Below are positions 52,232 through 64,000 of a DNA stretch of 64,000 nucleotides, one piece after another. Within the stretch, counting starts at the first letter, position 1. Each line of letters opens with the position of its first letter. The notes below the pieces were generated by a model. The model saw only the letters and a program-made list of their open reading frames with translations, ran no database searches and was not told the DNA's origin. Source of the DNA: Azolla caroliniana (Eukaryota; Plantae; Polypodiophyta); assembly GCA_043228905.1 (NCBI GenBank), contig JBHGNT010000004.1, positions 23,250,001-23,314,000 of the forward strand, in the 5' to 3' direction. Position numbers and translations under genes: made by a program.

Positions 52232-55200
52232 TCATGTCATTATAACTTGTCCACCACCACCATTGATGCTTGACTGTAGCTCCAAGCATTTGGCCACCAC
52301 TCTATATAATTGCTCTTCCTCGAACGGTTTCGATACATATCCATCCATTCCACATCGTTTGCATTCATCAGGCGTCGCTTGAATGACGTCGGCTGTCATT
52401 GCAAAAATTGGGACATGCCATATTCCGTCAGCCACTTTTTCTTCATACCCCCCCAAACTTTGCTCCGTTGCCACAATCTTCTTCTCAATACTTCTTATTT
52501 GTCTGGTGGCCTCGAATCTGTTAAGAAAATAACCACAAGCACCACCCTAAACAAAAAATAAATGAGATTCATCAAGGCTTTTTGTTTAACTTTCCTTACC
52601 CATCCATCTCTGGCATTTGGATGTCCATCAAACAAGCATCAAAAGTATGAGGAGGCTGAAGCAATGCAATGGCAGCTTTACCACTCTCACAACATTCAAC
52701 ACTGGCTCCATATTTTTTCAGGGCACCTGCTGCAACCCGACGGTTGACAAGGTTATCATCAACCACTAGTATGTTCTTACCTTTGATAAGCTTGTGTAGT
52801 TTTTCACGCCGACCACCTCTAACACATTGCCCTTGTATCCCTTTGCTTTCTAGGCCTAGAGCTTGTTGAAGACATGCTGCCATTAAGCTGGGCCGCAATG
52901 GTTTCATTATGACTGTTTCCACAAACCCCATTGCTTTTGCTTTTTCGGTCTCTCGGGGGGTTATGGCAGTTGCCAGCAGAATCATTGGCAGTTCTTTCTT
53001 GTGTATTCTCCATGTGGTTGAACTTTGCTGCCTANNNNNNNNNNNNNNNNNNNNNNNNNNNNNNNNNNNNNNNNNNNNNNNNNNNNNNNNNNNNNNNNNN
53101 NNNNNNNNNNNNNNNNNNNNNNNNNNNNNNNNNNACAGGCGTCGCTTGAATGACGTCGGCTGTCATTGCAAAAATTGGGGACATGCCATATTCCGTCAGC
53201 CACTTTTTCTTCATACCCCCCCCAAACTTTGCTCCGTTGCCACAATCTTCTTCTCAATACTTCTTATTTGTCTGGTGGCCTCGAATCTGTTAAGAAAATA
53301 ACCACAAGCACCACCCTAAACAAAAAATAAATGAGATTCATCAAGGCTTTTTGTTTAACTTTCCTTACCCATCCATCTCTGGCATTTGGATGTCCATCAA
53401 ACAAGCATCAAAAGTATGAGGAGGCTGAAGCAATGCAATGGCAGCTTTACCACTCTCACAACATTCAACACTGGCTCCATATTTTTTCAGGGCACCTGCT
53501 GCAAACCCGACGGTTGACAAGGTTATCATCAACCACTAGTATGTTCTTACCTTTGATAAGCTTGTGTAGTTTTTCACGCCGACCACCTCTAACACATTGC
53601 CCTTGTATCCCTTTGCTTTTCTAGGCCTAGAGCTTGTTGAAGACATGCTGCCATTAAGCTGGGCCGCAATGGTTTCATTATGACTGTTTCCACAAACCCC
53701 ATTGCTTTTGCTTTTTCGGTCTCTCGGGGGGTTATGGCAGTTGCCAGCAGAATCATTGGCAGTTCTTTCTTGTGTATTCTCCATGTGGTTGAACTTTGCT
53801 GCCTATTTGGAAGCAAGGATGGGAAAGATAGTCCTGTGGGACATGCCCCATGCATCTTTCTCCACTAGGACCATGTCCAAATCCTCTAGTATTCTGACAA
53901 ATAAAGAGAGTAGGAATCACATAACAAGGGTCACACAAATTGGCAGATTTTCTAAAAGGTTTCAACAATAAGACAAAACCTTTGCTGCACTGTGATAGCG
54001 TCACCTTCAAAAATTTGCACATTGACTAACATATATGTATATAGGGGCGTGTGTGTGTGTACATGTAGACATAGATATTTACATAAATATGAATACAACA
54101 CAGGCACACACATTTATTTGTTGATATCCACATTTAAGATCATTTTAAATTTCCAATAATAACCTAAACTCACAAGGAATACATAGATGCCATCACAAAA
54201 TATGGAGATTGTTTCATTCTCTAACGTTTTTTCAATTCATAACAAAAAGTATATGGATTGTACTAACCTGGCCTCCCCCAATATTACTCACACCACCATC
54301 ACTGGATGATACCATTCGGACTGCGCCCCGACAGTCGTGATGGATTCGAACTTGCACACCTAGCCGTTGAAGATGATATTTTGTAACTTCGGATCGGACA
54401 TGGTTACCATCGACAACTAGTGCTCTCATACCCTTGAATCTCGTTGGAAGAGGATCACTGAGAGGTCTTCGCTGATTATCTTCCCAGTTTATCATGCCTT
54501 TTGTGAGCATCAAAGTGCATGTAAAAGTAGATCCTACATCTTGTACACTCTTAAATCTCATCTCACCATTCATTAGCTCGGCTAGACATTTACTAATACT
54601 TAGTCCTATTCCGGTGCCCCCATAGGTTCGAGATGTTGAGCTATCAGCTTGCATGAAAGGCATGAAAATTCTTTGTTGGGCTTGCAATGGTATACCCACC
54701 CCAGTATCCTCCACCACTCACAAACAGCTTAACATGGTCTCCAACATTGAACAAATCTTGTTCCCCTCCATTGAACATTATCAAAGCTTCTATTTCCAAT
54801 CAAAAGCTCAAACAATGTCCCCAACTATTTTGCCCATCTGCCACTGCAAAGCCACTTAGAGTATTGTTGCAAGCATTGCCATTGCAAAATTTTGCCCTCC
54901 CTTCATTTAACTCTTTTCTTAACAACTCGGGATTGCTTGTTCGCATTCGTAATGATTCAATATCATCCCAGAGATGGACTCGTACAAATATATGGCCTCT
55001 TTCGGTGAACTTCAATTAGTAACCCCCCCCAAAAAGCAAAAACAAAAGTGTTTGTTAAGGACATCTCATATAAGTGACCAAAATTGGCTAAGGGAAATTG
55101 GAAAATGGCATTTACTTTCACAGAGTTCCCAACAAGGTTAGTGATAATTTGCCGGAACCTTCCTGGATCGCCGACAAGAACATGGGGTACTCGGTCTGAT

Positions 55201-58200
55201 ACAAAGGCAGCAAGCTTTCTCACATGAAATAGAACCAAGCAAAGAAAAGTCAAGATCAATGCAAGCCATTAAGTACCAAACAAAGTAATATATCAAATGC
55301 TTAGAAAACTTATTTAGAGAGAAAATAATTAGAAAGATCTTGATTAATAGTTTTCTAGATATAATCTTCTCAAAACAATGTCTTCATTTGCAAATTATTT
55401 TACAATTGTACTTGCATCCTTCTTTGTATTGTACCTCAAATGCCCTTATCCCGTGTTTTTCCAGAGAAAAGAGACAACACATCGTCAAGTATGCTCCGCA
55501 GATCAAATGCTACAGCCTCGAGTTCAATGCGTCCGGATTCAATCTTTGCTTGGTCCAGGACTTCATTGATTAATGTAATTAATGCTTTCCCAGAAGCTTG
55601 GGCTGTTCTGGCAAAGTCTTGTTGTGTTGTGTCCAAGTCTGTGTCCATGAGCATTTGCAGCATGCCTGAAATGAAAAGGGGAAGTAATTTTTGTATTCAT
55701 CTGGCTTCCTTGTTCTGTTTTTGACCGTTACAAATAAACCCTAAAATCTAAAAAGTAGATATAGCACCACATACCAAGAACTCCATTCATAGGCGTCCTG
55801 ATTTCATGAGATACAGTTGCTAAAGAACTGTAAATGCACAAATAATGCATAAATATCGTTTACTACCAGTGAAGCTTGTAATATGAGGATATTATCCCAC
55901 TCAATTCCCATAGTTACCTGAGATTTTGCAATATCAGCAGCTTCAGCTCTCACTTTCAGCTCTTCCATTTTGCGATAGTCCTCCTCTACCTTCCTTACAT
56001 GCATATGTGCATTATAGACCATAGAACAGATGAGTGTGCTACTAGTGCCAATACTCCATTTGCAAATCCAATAGCAAGCCGTGCGACGGGCGGCTTGCTT
56101 GCTAACCTATCCCATCACCCAAGTTAATTAACCTAATTATCATATTATGAAAAAAACTTCTGATGAACAATATATACACATCAACAAACAAACATTGCAT
56201 TGCATTGCATCCATGAAAAATGCTATCTTAAACGTGCACACTAGTTACTATCTCAAAGACAATGATATTTTCTATATCAGATACATAATCATGCTTTCTC
56301 CAACATACCTGCATCTCATCTCATGTTTTCTGAAAGGATCACCAAAATCTAGTGAGCTAACACGAGATGCAGTTGCATCCGAGAAGTCATCTGGTCCATA
56401 CATAGTATAAGGGCTGGAAGAATTGGTTATGTCATAAACATTTACAATGATGGCTTCCTTCTTAGCAAGGTGTTGAAGCAAGTTTTGAACTAACGACTCA
56501 AAGTCAAATGCTTCCCCCCAAGTACCTGCATATTCACAGTATTTTTTTTATTAGACAATTACAAACAGATTCCAGATCAAATATTAGGTGTTTACCATAG
56601 ATGAATAGTAGCAGGTTTACCGACGGACCAGGGTTGGTTCACATGTGACCTTCGTGGTAGGAACACCACTATAATGATATTAGTAAAATTTCTATAAACA
56701 TTAGAAAGAAGAGAAGGGACAAACCCAGCTGCTGCCTTAGTCCTCTGCTCCGGCGTTGCATCCACAGGGAGATCCGTGTTGTATACAGGAAGGGTCAAAA
56801 CAACTCCAAGATGGTTGGATTCTAGAAGCTTGAAAGGCCGTGTCAGTACGCCCTTACCGGATGCCCTAGCTCTCAATATATTTTCTCTATCTTCCTGCAA
56901 AGAATGTACATACATGATGGCAGGAGAGTTAGCATTAGTTTATGAAAGGTTTAAGCATATTGCAATTAATTTAATTATTAAGTCTTTTCCGACATTTTGC
57001 CCACTATGATCTCCACTCTCATAGAGTAGCCAGACATTTTTATGAGCTTTCATAGGTGAGATGAATGATATCTAATGTAATTAGTATATTTAGATCATAA
57101 TTATAAAGCTAATAGGGAAACATGCGGGAAAGTGGCTCTTCCAGTGGAAAAATGGCTAAAATTTCTTCTGATATATATGAATATAGATTTTTTGTAACAC
57201 ATAAGTACATAAAGCACATACATGCATATACATATATAGTGCACATGCACACATACATGAAAGAAGGTCTCACCTCTCCAGACATCATATCGAGAGAAGC
57301 AAGGTGCCCTAGGGTCTCTTGAAAGAGCACAGTTGGAGCATATTCATCTCGAACAGGACTGGGTTCTTTAGAATGCATTGTTTTGATGGTCCATCCCTGC
57401 ACACGTTCAAAAGCTTCTCTTTCTATGTGTAGGACCCTAGATGCATATGCTACTCCAGTCATGAGAGGCCTCTCAAAAGCAGTCCTTGCTGTGTATTCTG
57501 CAAAAGTTTCCTGTGAACACCAAAGGGAAAACCACATATGAACCTTATGCTAGACAAAAACCGATGTTTTTGAAGCAAAATGGGGATTCACTTTAACATA
57601 CAATATGGGATTAGAACTAGTGAAGTACTTTATAAAGAAGAAAAGAGGATTTACTCAAGAAAACGAGAATTTTAGAAGCAAGGGAGACCAAGTGAAGAGA
57701 AGAAATGAGGGTTCAACTCAGAGTTGTTATAGCAAAGAAATTCTACCACATGTGATGTGGGCTTTAACATTAGAAGTAGAGCCAAATCAGATATTTTCCT
57801 TTGAGAAAGAAATGAAGAAAAAAACCAATTTGCTTTTCCAGCAAAGGGAAAACAACATAACAGCTTCTCTTGCAGAACCAAGAAAAATCCACTTATGGCT
57901 GAGCCTTCTGAGAGATAGAAGCAATGGGGACTTTAGCATAGGAAATGACAGAGAAGAGAAACCTACAAAAAGAAGAAGATACAAACGAATTCGATAGGAA
58001 GTAGAACCAAATGAGAGAGGTTTCCCAATTGGAGGAAGTGAAGGCCTACTAACCTGGTCAATCGCAGAGGGATGCTTCCCTAAGTGGAAAGTTGAGACCA
58101 GGATTGCCAAGGCATGGACATGGTTCATACTCACTGCAAATTGATGTTGAAGCATCCTTGCTCTCTCATCACACATGTTAATCAATGTGTCCTCATAGTG

Positions 58201-58431
58201 CTTATAGTGTTCTCTGCTGAAGAAATGATACACGATATATGATGCTATAAGTCCAGCTATGGCAAACACCCACACAAGTGTCATCATGTTCCATGAGCCT
58301 AAATACTTCTTATGTAATTGTACAGTATTCTTGCTGGTGTTCTTCTTCTCCTTCTTTCCTTTGCATTCTTCCATCACACTTTGTGATAGAATTAGGCTCT
58401 CTTCTAGTGAACGCTTCATGCCTAATCCCAT
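52232..58431 (-). CDS. CHASE-domain hybrid histidine kinase, cytokinin receptor (AHK4/CRE1 family); several 1-nt indels are probably sequence errors
   Basis: MCDERARMLQHQFAVSMNHVHALA, TARTAFERPL, ASGKGVLT.PF.LL.SNHLGV, TVSHEIRTPMNG, FMQADSSTSRTYGGTGIGLSIS, receiver ILVVDDN...CLMDIQMPEMDG...AMTADVIQAT. Confidence 0.93.
53035..53134. other. 100-N scaffold gap flanked by a duplicated overlap (52369-53034 approx. equal to 53136-53805)
   Basis: N run; the copies differ only by four single-base homopolymer insertions in the right copy. Confidence 0.95.
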
Positions 58432-58722
58432 TAATGCTTATTTGTACGAGAAATAGCAGGGGGGGGGGGGGAAGAAGCAGAGGGAAATTCTCAGCTTGGT
58501 CTTCGCATGTTATTAGTTCGAGCGATCGATCGATCCCTAATTTCTTTTCTTGTTGTTTTTCTGCAATGAGTTCATCTGTTGGTTTTTCCTGAGCATAGAT
58601 TATATGCAAAACACAATAGTGCTAAGAATCCATGGGGATGATAGCTTTTTTGGAAGCAAAGGTGCATTCAGGAAGATGCTTTTTTCTGTAGTGTTATTTA
58701 TTAATAATAATACATGGATAAC

Positions 58723-58825
58723 CTTGATGTAAATTTAATACATACTTTTGATGTAAATTTAATACATGCTTTTGATGTAGAACTTAATGCATACTTTTGA
58801 TGTAAATTTAATACATTGCTTTTGG
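58723..58825. repeat. ~24-bp tandem repeat, ~4 copies
   Basis: TTGATGTAAATTTAATACATACTT-like units. Confidence 0.75.
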
Positions 58826-59696
58826 AGTATTGAATAATAGCAGCTAGTTCTCACTTGAGTGAGCAATAAGCAGAGATGTCCATTTCAGTTAGTGAAGAAT
58901 TTGACATTCACTTGGGGCCAAGGCAACAATCAATTCATATACTGCAGAGAAATGTTGGAGATATGGGCACTACTAGTATGAAGAAGAAGAATAAGAAGAA
59001 GAAGCTGATTATGTCTGCTCTGCTGAAGAATGGAGAAAACCAAAATGCTTAAAAAATGTGCAGTGTAAGGTATATAATGATGAAGAAGAAGTAGAAGAAG
59101 AGAGTAAAAACAGAGGAATATGATGAAGAAGAAGAAGCAGGGTGAGATTAGAAAACTCTGTATGTGTGTGTAATGCATATAGATGAGCTCAGATAATTCA
59201 GTAAATAGCAAAGCTAAATCTAACAGTAGGCTCTGAGAAGAAGTACAGAGAGAGAGAGAGAGAGGGGGTGAGGAAGATAGAACTGATTGAACACTACTAT
59301 ACTATCACCACTACTACTAACTATGTACTATCTAGAGCTATCAGTAGCCATTATATGTAGCTATAGCCATAGCTATAGCCATAGCTATAGCTACAGATGG
59401 CTACTTCAAGTCAAGTATGTATGTATGTAGTAGTAAAGTTTTTAGGCTCTGCTGAATCAATCCTCCATCTCTTTCTCCTTCTCCTTTCTTACTTCTTTCA
59501 TCATCTTCTCTCTCTTCTTCGTCTTCATGTAGAGGAGGTTTTTGGACAACAAGAGGACAACATAAGCAGTTGATTTGATGGAAGAAAGACTTGGGGCAAG
59601 AAGAATCTCCATCTCTCTCTCTCTAGACCTTCTCTCTCTAGGCCATCTCTCTCTCTCTATATATATATACATATATGATATATATATACATATATG

Positions 59697-59727
<31 letters not shown>

Positions 59728-60304
59728 TACATATAAAATTTAAATACATAATAGGAGTTCAGGCGTGCTAAATGGATAATCCCCCATTTAAGTCTTAAAG
59801 AGCAGAGCAGAACAGAGGAAATTGGGTTTTCCTTTTACCCCCCTCCCCAAAACCACAAAAACACCAAACAAATTTCCTGTTCTTTTGTGTGTGTGGAGTT
59901 TGAATAGACTACATATATGCACATTGCAGATAGAGAGAGAGAGCAGGCAAATGAGAACTGAGAGAAGAAGCAAGAGCAGGTATGCATAGTTAAGTGACAT
60001 GAGTGTGGATTTGCTCTGTGCAGAGTGCTCTGCTCTGCTCTCTCTTTTCTTGGTAGTATGGTGTAAGAATCAAACTAAAAGATGCTAGAAATGTACATAC
60101 ATATGTATACATTTGCACACATATGTACATGAATACATACATACACACACATACATGATACATACATACATATATGTACATACACATGTGTGGGTGTATA
60201 TGTAGAGAGAGAATGTATGTGTGTGTGTCCTTTTTGACCCAAGGTTAGACTTTGAAGTTTGAAGCCCCCCCCCTGCCCCTCCCAAATCCCAATGCTAATT
60301 AAGT

Positions 60305-60328
60305 AAGTGCATAAATGTGTGTTATGCT

Positions 60329-60359
<31 letters not shown>

Positions 60360-60592
60360 TATGTATGCATGGACCTATATGTATATGCATCATGCATGTA
60401 TCTATATCTATCTATGTATGCATGCATGCATTCATGAATGTATGTATGTTATGCATGTATGTAAGTATGTGAGTGTGTGTACATGTGTATCATGTACGTT
60501 ATGTATGTATGTGAGTGTGTGTATCCTGTATGTTATGTATGTATGTAAGTATGTGTGTGTGTGTGTGTGTACATATGTATGTTATGTATGTA

Positions 60593-60656
<64 letters not shown>
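60305..60656. repeat. (TATG)n/(TG)n simple-sequence tract
   Basis: Direct inspection; pure (TG)n at ~60597-60656. Confidence 0.9.
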
Positions 60657-60657
<1 letters not shown>

Positions 60658-63600
60658 TTCATGCATATGTGTAGACAGATATACTTAGTGACCGGATGTT
60701 GTCTCTATTATTTGGCGGGTGTAAAGGAGGAAGCCTACTCAGTTTTGTCCCCCTTCAAAAGAGGCCACATTTGGTCGACTCTAATCTAAGACCGCAGTAA
60801 TGCGCATGTGTGTCGTATAACTTGTTTTCATTGTCCAAGAATTGAAACTTAAAAGCATGCGTGTGTTTCGTATAACTTGGTCGGTTGTTCAAGATTTGAA
60901 ACTTATTGAGCATGTATGTGTGTCTTGTTCGAGAAGTTGAAACTTAAGACATGCTCTATAAAGACGAAAAGAGTGAGAAGTAGGATACCTCATGTTGAAC
61001 CCATCCCAAAGCCACGTGAGGCACCTCTCTCCATTAGATTGTTGTGATTCATGAGTCTTGACTCGGAGCATTTCATGTGTTGACGTGAAGAGGTGTATGT
61101 ATTTGTCCAATGGTTGCTCCATATATCCCTGTATAATCTAGGGAAAACAATGAAGTTTATTGGAGAGATGGAGAGAAATTGAGTTGATTGATGTGCCATC
61201 TCATCTCATCTCATCTTGTGGAAGGCATGGAGTTAACCTATGTCATCTTGATGTTTAGCCATATGCTAAATTTGATTGCCCAATTCGCGTTCGACTATTT
61301 AAAACATTTCAAAGCTCGTTATCATCCCTCTTACATACAAGGATGCTCCAGTTTTGCACCTTGTCTCTATGCTCTAATATTTGTGGTACATAAATAAGCC
61401 CGATACCAAAGCCATGAAATTATCTTTTGTTAGAAACTCCTAGAATCAATGACCTTCAAAATGGACAACTAGATTTTAATTTTGATGAACCATGTGAATT
61501 CCTCAAGGATGTTTTTTAGATCGTCAATGATATACATTGTCTCTTTATCATGGGTCAAGCACATTTGTTCACAAAAGGAAATAAATGCTTGGGAAATAAC
61601 TATAGCCAAAGACACCCACATTCACACCAAAATAAGCCTTGTTGGTGACAGTACAAGCAAACAAGAGCTAAAAGTAGGGAAAATTTTCAAAATACCTCAC
61701 CTTTACTTTTCTCCAAAATGAAGCTACTTTCCCATTAGTTAGGAAGGATTATTACAAAGAGACTGTACAAGGAGGCTTATACACAAATCGGGGAATCTCC
61801 CTCCAATCAAGTTCAAGAAAATGAGACTACTTACATAGCTTTTTGGACTGTCTACTTAATGTAAGTAGATGCCAATAGCTAAAAGTGGTGCCCTTCAGTG
61901 TTGGCTAGTACAAACCAACTCTTGGGGCCTACAACAAAGGGAGGGTGGCGGTACCAAATCTTCGAAGACCTTTAGGCAACACGCTTTCCATACAGACCAC
62001 AGGGTGAAGCATGTGATCAACATCCAAAATTATGGGAACCTAGGGGATGTGAACTACAAGCCTCTCTCAAAATGGATCTTGACAATTTTGCCTCTCATGC
62101 ATACATAGCACCAACTATCCGCATTGAAGGCGTCCGTCCACCTATCAACTGAGTGATCAATCCATGTTGCAGCACTCCACGATGTTGTTCCTTCCGCTTC
62201 ACATGCCGCAAGGAGGCGAGTCACTCTATCCCATACATTTGAGCTTGAGAGCAATCCCACAGACAATGTCTTAAAGTCTCAATAGGTGAAGAGCAAAGTG
62301 GGTAACCTAACTTGCCGCCACGTTTACCTAGCCATTCGCCAACGGGAACCACATTATAACCAATCTGCCACCCAAAGAGTTTGATCTTTTCACCCTTACT
62401 TTTATATTCATCAAATTACCTATACATTTGGGAAATTATCAAAATGCCCCAAATTTGGCAAATTTCTACAAGATGTTGGCATGTAAAGTAATTATATAGA
62501 TGTTGCAAAAACCATGTCCATTGTCTACATCCTCATTATCAATGACAATAGAGGCAATAGGAAATAAACCTCTTGTAGCATCAATATAGTAAATGTGTCA
62601 ACATACTTACTAGTCAAAAAAGTGGCATCAAGTTCCACATATTGTCTCTTGAAATCCACTCAAACATGCTTCATAGGTAATGAATAGTTTATAAAAACAA
62701 CCTTGACAATCTTCACTCATAGGTTCACGTCGTGGATTTCTTTCATCCAATGTCTTTGCACAAATTCATGTATCCTGTTTTGCAATCTCCATTGATTACG
62801 TCGAGAATAATGTCTTTAGGGTTGTAAGTCATTCTGGACGAAATAGTAGCACCTGCTTCTCTACAAAAATCACTAGTTAATTTGGTCAGTTTACAGTGTT
62901 GGTATTCCCTAGAGTCCCCCATTAATTTCCTTGCTGAAGAACCTTTTTTATTTCTCAATTGTTAGGCTAAAAAACAATTGTGCTCTCAAATTGCACAAAA
63001 TTTGCATCTTGAACCATTGCATATTATAAAAGCAAAAACAAATGCACAAACATTTCGTTTGCATTGCAAGCTATATCTACACTTGTTCGACTTCACCAAT
63101 ATGAATTCAAGTGGTTGATACAATAGCATGTATCTCGGCAACATCCTATACATAAATTAATGAATCTATGTGGTTCCCTTTTGACAATTCCATCACCAAT
63201 TTAAGAAACAAAAAAACCCCTTTATGTGTCATATCTACGCCTTGAGAGAATCCTATTCTATCATAATTAAGCCTTGAGCAATTCATTGATGAACTGACCA
63301 TGCACATTTGTGTGATGAAAGAAAATGTATATTTGTTTGAAGGAAGAAAAGGTGCATACCCCCAATGACAAGACCTCAAGAAATCTCACGTGGCAAAACT
63401 GGTGGTGTTGTTGCTAAGATGCTAGAAGGCTGGTGGAATTGGTGGTGTGGTGCTTGAATTATGCTGATATTGAGTCACCAAAAGCTTTTGTGTTCCCTTT
63501 GTTTTTGTTGTTTGGGTAAAGAGAGTATTTTGGATACTTTCTTAATAGTTTAGGGTATTTTGAGAAATAGAAAAGTAAAGTTTATTTTGACCATTTACCC

Positions 63601-64000
63601 TTTAAAGTATTGTAGAAAGAGAATGATTATGGTATTTTAAGTATGTTAGAAGGAAAATGTTCTTGATAATAATTGTCTTGTCTTGTGGCTTGGGTTAAAT
63701 TATTGTAGTCACAAGATAACCAATACCATAATGCAATGAATTATTATTGAGCTTACCTTGTAATGAAGATATCATAAGTAACATTAGCATTAGCATGGAA
63801 AAGTGTAGCACACAACGATCACATCATGTGATCCTCTTTGCATTGTCATGTCATCATTTAGCTCAATTTAAGAGATGTTGCAATGAGATGCCACATGATC
63901 ATGCGTGCGTCCATGTAAGCCAACATATTTGAGCTATTTTCAAGTAAATAAACAATAAGTTGAAAGGATATGAAAATAAAATATGTTAGCATTAAAAAAT

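Noticed and set aside
53136-53805. Second receiver-domain exon set suggesting a tandem kinase duplication
   Set aside because: Near-identical overlap next to a 100-N gap, differing only by homopolymer insertions; treated as an artefact.
58310-58609. ORF overlapping the kinase start as a possible N-terminal extension
   Set aside because: It is in a different frame, a stop lies just upstream of the kinase ATG in the kinase frame, and no homology is recognisable.
61730-63330. Possible decayed TE remnants
   Set aside because: No clear motifs or termini by eye.

Overview
Eukaryotic plant genomic DNA, probably a fern. This is inferred from a DYW:KP-like PPR editing factor, a Tcn1-like chromovirus and GT-AG introns. 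The first ~23 kb is a four-element retrotransposon nest. A decayed L1/Tx1-like LINE (minus strand) is split by two Ty3/gypsy insertions. The first is an older non-chromovirus element (1235-10558, minus, TSD AGCAG) with a long extra 3' ORF. Unusually, it has tRNA-type PBS motifs at BOTH internal ends and no polypurine tract. The second is a young chromodomain element (10651-21815, plus, TSD CTAGC) with apparently identical LTRs, a Tf1-like self-priming PBS, a -1 frameshift pseudoknot and heat-shock-element arrays. It is itself split by an apparently intact Ty1/copia element (15565-20967, minus, TSD GATAA). The rest holds four host genes: a PLS-E-DYW PPR gene, an ATG13-like gene, a polyadenylate-binding protein gene and a CHASE-domain cytokinin receptor histidine kinase. 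There is also a copia solo LTR, a foldback repeat, LINE scraps, simple repeats, and a 100-N gap flanked by a probable assembly duplication. All analysis was by eye; no database search was run.
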